Part shown: piece after piece, positions 27,102 to 32,000 of the stretch
Position numbering within the stretch: position 1 is the first letter of the stretch
How the letters are laid out: each line of letters opens with the position of its first letter
Assembly: GCF_016127575.1 (NCBI RefSeq)
Contig: NZ_CP066019.1
Location: 1,620,001-1,652,000 of the forward strand
DNA length: 32,000 nucleotides
Source: Cupriavidus necator
Lineage (GTDB): Bacteria; Pseudomonadota; Gammaproteobacteria; Burkholderiales; Burkholderiaceae
Direction of reading: 5' to 3'
Translations under genes and position numbers: made by a program
The notes under the pieces: model-generated
What the model saw: only the letters and a program-made list of their open reading frames with translations
Told to the model about the DNA's origin: nothing
Databases searched by the model: none

Positions 27102-28013
27102 ATGCAAGCCACTGCCGCAACCACCATCAGCCCGGAAGCCTACCGCGCGCTGGACAATGAAGCCTTTCCCTTTGCCGTGCGCCGCTGCACGCCGACGATC
27201 GGCGCCGATGTCGAAGGCATCGATTTCCGCGAGCCGCTGGACGACGACACCTATCTCTCACTGCGCCGCGCACTGCTGAAGTACAAGGTGCTGTTCTTCC
27301 GCAAGCAGGCAATCACGCCGGCCCAGCACGTGGCCGTGGCGCGCCGCTTCGGCGAGCTGGAAGTGCATCCGATGTTTACCAACCACCCGGAACATCCCGA
27401 ACTGGTTGTATTCGGGCGCGATGGCACGACGCGCGGGCGCGAGAACCTTTACCACTCGGACGTTAGTTGGCGTGAGATCCCGTCGATGGGTTCGATGCTG
27501 CGCTGCGTGGAGTGCCCGGAGGTCGGCGGCGATACCATGTGGATCAATATGGCCGCGGCCTATGAAAACCTGCCGCAGGACATGAAGGCCCGCATCGCCA
27601 ACCTGAAGGCCGTGCACGACGCCATGCCGACCTTCGGCTCGGCGCTGAACGAAGAAAAATACGCGGAGATGCGCGCCAAGTATCCGCCGATGGTGCACCC
27701 GGTGGTACGCACGCACCCGGAAACCGGCGAAAAGATCCTGTTCGTCAACGAAGCCTTCACCACGCATTTCGCCAACTTCGTCAAGGAAGCGCCATATCGC
27801 ATCGGCTCCGACTACCGCCCGGCCGAACTGGACCTGCTGCAGTACCTGTACCGCCAGGCCGCCGCGCCAGAGTACCAGGTGCGCCTGCGCTGGCAGCCGG
27901 ACACCATCGCGCTCTGGGACAACCGCTCCACGCAACACTACGCGGTGCAGGATTACTTCCCGGCCGTGCGCCATATGAACCGCGCCACCATCATCGGCGA
28001 CCGCCCGGTCTGA
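27102..28013 (+). CDS. TauD-like Fe(II)/2-oxoglutarate-dependent sulfonate dioxygenase (TauD/TfdA family)
   Basis: ATG at 27102 has GGAGA 6 nt upstream. Iron ligands YHSDVSW (HxD) and WDNRSTQHYA (distal His). Arg pair in VRHMNRATIIGDRP and His in GELEVHPMF match the E. coli TauD substrate/2OG-binding positions (R266, R270, H70) as I recall that sequence. Confidence 0.9.
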   Translation: MQATAATTISPEAYRALDNEAFPFAVRRCTPTIGADVEGIDFREPLDDDTYLSLRRALLKYKVLFFRKQAITPAQHVAVARRFGELEVHPMFTNHPEHPELVVFGRDGTTRGRENLYHSDVSWREIPSMGSMLRCVECPEVGGDTMWINMAAAYENLPQDMKARIANLKAVHDAMPTFGSALNEEKYAEMRAKYPPMVHPVVRTHPETGEKILFVNEAFTTHFANFVKEAPYRIGSDYRPAELDLLQYLYRQAAAPEYQVRLRWQPDTIALWDNRSTQHYAVQDYFPAVRHMNRATIIGDRPV

Positions 28014-28048
28014 CCGTCCCCACCCAAAGCCAATCCGAGGCAACCGGC

Positions 28049-29470
28049 ATGAACATCGTCGACAAGTTCTATATCAATGGCAAGTGGGTGCAGCCCGCAG
28101 CGGGCGCGACCCAGGCCGACATCATCGATCCTGCCACCGAAGCGGTCGCGGGCACGCTCGCCATGGGCACCGCGGCGGACGTGGACCAGGCCGTGGGCGC
28201 GGCGCGCGCAGCCTTCCCGGCCTGGTCGGTGTCCACGCGTGAAACACGCATCGCCCTGCTTGAGCGCATCATCGCCGCCTACCAGGCGCGCATGGGCGAC
28301 CTGGCGCAGGCGGTGCGCCAGGAGATCGGCGCACCGATTACGCTGGCCACCAATCTGCAGGCCGCGATCGGCCTGGCACAGCTGCAGGCAACGCTGCAGG
28401 CGCTGCGCGACTTCGAGTTCGAAACCACCCGCGGCAACAGCTGCATCCTGCGCGAGGCCATCGGCGTGGCGGCGCTGATCACGCCGTGGAACTGGCCGCT
28501 GAACCAGATCGCGGCCAAGGTGGCGCCGGCGCTGGCGGCGGGTTGCACCGTGGTGCTCAAGCCATCCGAGATCGCGCCGCTGGACGCCCGGATCTTCGCC
28601 GAGATCATGGATGCCGCGGGTACGCCGCCGGGTATCTTCAACATGATCTATGGCGAGGGCCGCGCGGTGGGGGCCGCGCTGTCGTCGCATCGCGACGTCG
28701 ACATGGTGTCGATCACCGGCTCGACCCGCGCCGGCGTGGAAGTGGCCATCAGCGCCGCGCCCACGGTCAAGCGCGTGGCGCAGGAGCTGGGCGGCAAGTC
28801 GCCGATGATCATCCTGGACGATGCCGACCTGCAGGCGGCGGTGACCAGCGGCGTGGCGCAGTGCACGGTCAACACCGGACAGACCTGCATCGCGCCGACG
28901 CGCATGCTGGTGCCGCGCTCGCGCTATGAGCAGGCCGTGCAGATTGCCGCCGCCGTCGCCAACGCGGTCAAGGTGGGCGACCCGTCCGACCCCGAAACCA
29001 AGATGGGCCCGATCTCCAACCGCGGCCAGTACGACAAGGTGCAGCGCCTCATCGGGGTGGGCATCGAGGAAGGCGCGCGCGTGGCCGCAGGCGGCCCCGG
29101 CCGCCCCGACGGGCTGCAGCGCGGCTTCTATGCGCGCCCGACCATCTTTGCCGACGTGCGCAATGACATGACCATCGCGCGCGAAGAGATCTTCGGGCCG
29201 GTGATATGCCTGCTGCCGTACGACTCAGAAGAAGAGGCGGTGGCAATCGCCAATGACACCGAGTTCGGCCTGGCCGCCTACATCGCGTCGTCCGACGCGG
29301 CGCGGGCACGCAAGCTGGCCGCCCGCCTGCGCGCCGGCAGCGTGCGCATCAACGGCGCGACAATGGACCTCACCGCACCGTTCGGCGGCTACAAGACGTC
29401 CGGCAACGGGCGTGAATACGGCCCCGAAGGCATTGCCGAGTTCCTTGAAACCAAGACGGTGACAGGTTGA
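28049..29470 (+). CDS. NAD(P)-dependent aldehyde dehydrogenase family protein
   Basis: ELGGKSP, catalytic Cys in NTGQTCIAPTR, EEIFGPV, N-terminus FYINGKWV. GAGG RBS lies 8 nt upstream. Confidence 0.93.
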   Translation: MNIVDKFYINGKWVQPAAGATQADIIDPATEAVAGTLAMGTAADVDQAVGAARAAFPAWSVSTRETRIALLERIIAAYQARMGDLAQAVRQEIGAPITLATNLQAAIGLAQLQATLQALRDFEFETTRGNSCILREAIGVAALITPWNWPLNQIAAKVAPALAAGCTVVLKPSEIAPLDARIFAEIMDAAGTPPGIFNMIYGEGRAVGAALSSHRDVDMVSITGSTRAGVEVAISAAPTVKRVAQELGGKSPMIILDDADLQAAVTSGVAQCTVNTGQTCIAPTRMLVPRSRYEQAVQIAAAVANAVKVGDPSDPETKMGPISNRGQYDKVQRLIGVGIEEGARVAAGGPGRPDGLQRGFYARPTIFADVRNDMTIAREEIFGPVICLLPYDSEEEAVAIANDTEFGLAAYIASSDAARARKLAARLRAGSVRINGATMDLTAPFGGYKTSGNGREYGPEGIAEFLETKTVTG

Positions 29471-29499
29471 GCCTGCGCGCTCCCGCCCGCAGTCACCGT

Positions 29500-29539
29500 A
29501 CCGCCCGGTCGTGCAGCGCCATGCTGCCGGCCGGGCGGT
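29500..29539 (+). terminator. Long GC-rich hairpin after the aldehyde dehydrogenase gene
   Basis: ACCGCCCGG...CCGGGCGGT outer stem with inner GCAGC-GCCAT-GCTGC, nearly continuous pairing, followed by GTGTCGCTTGT. It lies 30 nt after the stop at 29470. Confidence 0.4.
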
Positions 29540-29664
29540 GTCGCTTGTAAGGCGCCTCGCTGCCGAGCTTGTCTGACATGCGCAGGCGGCGGCGTCCGAC
29601 AGCCGCAGCCTGCCGGCCAGCTATCTTCATAGCAGCGCCAGGCCTTTTGCCAGGGCGCCCGACT

Positions 29665-30900
29665 ATGTCGACCATTCCCGATTCCGCGCCTTCTTCGCTG
29701 CCCCCTGCTTCGCCCGTTCCGTTGCCCGCCGACGGCAGCCCGCATGCCGGCGCCGACACCGAGGGCGCCGCCGGGTCCCGCACGATGGCGGAGATGGCTG
29801 ACTCAGTCGTGCCGGCCGATGCCGTCACCGCCTCGCTGCACCGTGCCAGCGTGGCACTGGTGGTGCTGGCGACGCTCTTTTCGCTGTACGCCGTGCATAT
29901 CGCACGCGAATTCCTCATTCCGGTGGTGCTCGCGATCGTCCTGGCCTACCTGCTGGACCCGCTGGTCTGCGCGTTGCAGCGGCTGGGCCTGCCGCGCGCG
30001 CTGGCGGGCACCGTGGTGTTGCTGGCCGTGCTGAGCGCCCTGCTCAGCGGCGCCTACCTGCTGCAGGGGCAGGTGGAATCAATCGTCAACAGCCTGCCCG
30101 AGACGGCCAGCAAGCTGTCGCGCTCGGTCGGCGCGCTGATGAGCGGCGACGATTCCATGTGGCAGAAGGTACGTCGCGCCGCCACCGTCCTCAGCGGCAC
30201 CGGCCAGCCCCCGCCCGCACGCGGCACGCAGGTGGTGGTGGAGCAAGCGCCCGCCCAGATCCACAACATGCTGCTGGCCGGCTCGGTCAGCATCTTCACC
30301 ATGGCCGGACAGGCAGTGGTAGTGGTCTTCCTGCTGTACTTCCTGCTGCTGGCCGGCGATACCTTCAAGCGCAAGTTCATCAAGATGGTCGGGCATACCA
30401 TTTCCGAGAAGAAGATCAGCGTGCACATGCTGGACGAGGTCAACCGCTCCATCCGCCGTTACATGGGCATGCTGCTGGTGACCAATACGGCCCTGGGCGC
30501 CTGTACCTGGCTGCTGCTCAAGTGGCTGGGCGTGCACAACGCCGGCAGCTGGGCAATCGCGGCCGCGGCGCTGCACCTGGTGCCCTACTTCGGCGCCCTG
30601 GCAATCGCGGTCTGCCTGGGGGTGGTGACCTTCATGCAGTTCGGCACGCTCGGCATGGCAGCCGCGGCAACGGTCGGATCGCTGCTGATCGCCACGCTGA
30701 TCGGGTCGGTCGTCACCACCTGGATGACCGGCCGCATGGCGCGCATGAACGCGGTGGCCGTATTTGTTGCACTGCTCCTGTTCACCTGGCTCTGGGGCGT
30801 ATGGGGCATGTTGCTCGCCATCCCGCTGATCACCATCGCCAAGGTGGTTGCCGATCACATTGAAGGGCTCGAAGTGGTGGCAGAGTTCCTTGGCGAATAG
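29665..30900 (+). CDS. AI-2E family transporter (PerM/UPF0118-like membrane protein)
   Basis: Multiple TM helices and a typical C-terminal region (LLFTWLWGVWGMLLAIPLITIAKVV). The N-terminus is uncertain: ATG 29569, 29665, 29785 or 29794. The segment before the first TM is Pro/Ala/Ser-rich and has weaker GC3. Confidence 0.8.
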   Translation: MSTIPDSAPSSLPPASPVPLPADGSPHAGADTEGAAGSRTMAEMADSVVPADAVTASLHRASVALVVLATLFSLYAVHIAREFLIPVVLAIVLAYLLDPLVCALQRLGLPRALAGTVVLLAVLSALLSGAYLLQGQVESIVNSLPETASKLSRSVGALMSGDDSMWQKVRRAATVLSGTGQPPPARGTQVVVEQAPAQIHNMLLAGSVSIFTMAGQAVVVVFLLYFLLLAGDTFKRKFIKMVGHTISEKKISVHMLDEVNRSIRRYMGMLLVTNTALGACTWLLLKWLGVHNAGSWAIAAAALHLVPYFGALAIAVCLGVVTFMQFGTLGMAAAATVGSLLIATLIGSVVTTWMTGRMARMNAVAVFVALLLFTWLWGVWGMLLAIPLITIAKVVADHIEGLEVVAEFLGE

Positions 30901-30952
30901 CCGCCCGCCATCGCCCAACGGCACTATCGATCCGCCGCTATACTGGAAAAGC

Positions 30953-30973
30953 GAATGCTGCACCACAGCATTC
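30953..30973 (+). terminator. Short hairpin after the AI-2E gene
   Basis: GAATGCTG-CACCA-CAGCATTC followed by TTGCT, about 50 nt after the stop at 30900. The tail is weak. Confidence 0.25.
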
Positions 30974-31004
30974 TTGCTACGCCGGGATCGTGCGGAGGAA
31001 AACA

Positions 31005-31223
31005 ATGATGTCTATATGCGACCTGTGCGAGTCGCAGCTGGACCGGCCGGGCCACGTGCCGCCGCATCCCAGGCTGGTGATGTCGGCGACCTTGCGCACC
31101 GCCAGCGGCCAGAATGCGTTTGTGTACCGTTGCGCGCACTGCGGCCAGACACTGCTGCTGGCCTCGCCCGATGGCGAGGCGCCCGACCGCTGGACCCGGC
31201 TGGATGCCGACGGATGGGACTGA
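31005..31223 (+). CDS. Small hypothetical protein with two CxxC pairs (zinc-ribbon-like), 72 aa
   Basis: Strong RBS GGAGGA 5 nt before ATG 31005. GC3-rich codons throughout. CDLC...CAHC pairs. I recognise no family. Confidence 0.5.
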   Translation: MMSICDLCESQLDRPGHVPPHPRLVMSATLRTASGQNAFVYRCAHCGQTLLLASPDGEAPDRWTRLDADGWD

Positions 31224-31319
31224 GCGGGATGGCTCCCGGCTGACTTGTGCTTGCGGTTGCGCAAATCGACGGCTTGCGGGTGTGGGCATAATCGTCTCAG
31301 CAGTTCCCAACCGCAAGCC

Positions 31320-31523
31320 ATGGCCAAGAAATTTCCCCTTCATCCCCGCCACCCCGAGCGCATCTGCTGGGGCTGCGACAAGTACTGCTCCGTAGACGAC
31401 ATGGGCTGCGGCAACGGCTCCAGCCGCACGCAGCACCCGATTGAACTGCTCGGCGACGACTGGCTGGAGTACGGCGACTGGGGTATCGAAGCACCTGCCG
31501 GTCCGCCAGAGACCTCAACCTAG
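31320..31523 (+). CDS. DUF3079-like small Cys-rich protein, 67 aa
   Basis: MAKKFPLHPRHPERICWGCDKYCSVDDMGCGNGSSRTQHP matches my recollection of the DUF3079 family. There is no obvious Shine-Dalgarno, and the start abuts an inverted-repeat arm. Confidence 0.7.
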   Translation: MAKKFPLHPRHPERICWGCDKYCSVDDMGCGNGSSRTQHPIELLGDDWLEYGDWGIEAPAGPPETST

Positions 31524-31595
31524 ACCGCCGGATTACAATCGTTGTCTCAGGCTTCCACAAGACGTCCGGCACCGCCGGCATCCACCGAGACAACC

Positions 31596-32000
31596 ATGCT
31601 GAACCTCCAGGACTCCTCGCTGCTGCGGCAGCAGTGCTATATCGACGGCCGCTGGGTCGACGGCGAGCGCCGCATCGACGTCACCAACCCGGCCACCGGC
31701 GAGCGCGTGGGACAGGTCCCGCAACTGGGCGCCGATGAAACCCGCCAGGCCATCGAAGCCGCCAACCGCGCGCTGCCGGCATGGCGCGCCCGCACCGCCA
31801 AGGAGCGCTCGGCGCTGCTGCGCAAATGGTTCGAACTGATCATGGCCAACCAGGAAGATCTGGCGCGCATCATGACCGCCGAACAGGGCAAGCCGATCGC
31901 CGAAGCGCGCGGCGAAATCGCCTACGCGGCCTCGTTTATCGAATGGTTTGCCGAGGAAGGCAAGCGCGTCTATGGCGACACCATCCCGGCGCCGGTCAGC
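31596..32000 (+). CDS. gabD: NAD(P)-dependent succinate-semialdehyde dehydrogenase, N-terminal part (3' end outside window)
   Basis: ATG at 31596. The translation MLNLQDSSLLRQQCYIDGRWVDGERRIDVTNPATGE...LPAWRARTAKERSALLRKWFELIMANQEDLARIMTAEQGKPIAEARGEIAYAASFIEWFAEEGKR is a typical GabD N-terminus. The frame stays open to the window end and is absent from the ORF track because it has no stop. Confidence 0.9.
   Translation, partial: MLNLQDSSLLRQQCYIDGRWVDGERRIDVTNPATGERVGQVPQLGADETRQAIEAANRALPAWRARTAKERSALLRKWFELIMANQEDLARIMTAEQGKPIAEARGEIAYAASFIEWFAEEGKRVYGDTIPAPVS

Noticed and set aside
27102-28013. Suspicion that the TauD-like protein lacks the distal iron-binding His.
   Set aside because: At first pass the LYRQAAAPEY segment seemed to align with a His-containing TauD segment. 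Counting back from the C-terminus of the E. coli sequence as I recall it places H255 in the WDNR-x-TQHYA motif. That motif is intact here (WDNRSTQHYA), so the facial triad is complete.

Overview
This is a GC-rich proteobacterial chromosome segment with codons dominated by G/C at the third position. The gene content (two orphan Bug/TctC-type binding proteins, many LysR/MarR/GntR regulators) suggests a Cupriavidus/Ralstonia-like Burkholderiales replicon, but the taxon is an inference. I call 31 protein-coding genes, two of them cut by the window edges. I saw no rRNA, tRNA, CRISPR array, transposase or integrase.

The window divides into five blocks:
1. 2.9-9.4 kb: eight tightly or translationally coupled genes form a SUF Fe-S assembly operon (Rrf2 regulator, sufB, sufC, sufD, sufS, sufU, sufT, Rieske ferredoxin).
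2. 9.5-16.4 kb: a nucleotide second-messenger cluster. It holds a 1155-aa double-zinc-ribbon / class III cyclase / STAND NTPase / TPR protein whose stop overlaps (ATGA) the start of an uncharacterised HD-domain protein. A convergent patatin-like phospholipase overlaps the HD gene at its 3' end, and a Cache-GGDEF diguanylate cyclase is transcribed divergently from the patatin gene.
3. 16.4-20.1 kb: an IorAB-type two-subunit molybdenum hydroxylase with a divergent LysR regulator.
4. 20.1-29.5 kb: an organosulfur-looking block. It contains MarR with Bug and a cytoplasmic CxPxR sulfatase, a host-attachment-family protein, a small S/T/G-rich lipoprotein behind a sigma54-like promoter, and GntR with a GMC oxidoreductase, a TauD-like dioxygenase and an aldehyde dehydrogenase.
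5. 29.6-32.0 kb: an AI-2E transporter, two tiny Cys-rich proteins and the 5' part of gabD.

The best candidate for an undescribed system is block 2, a cyclase-STAND sensor coupled to an HD protein, possibly with the patatin lipase. Its link to conflict or defence is inference only, and no mobile-element hallmarks surround it. Most long ORFs lying opposite the called genes are in-register antisense shadows typical of high-GC DNA, and I rejected them.
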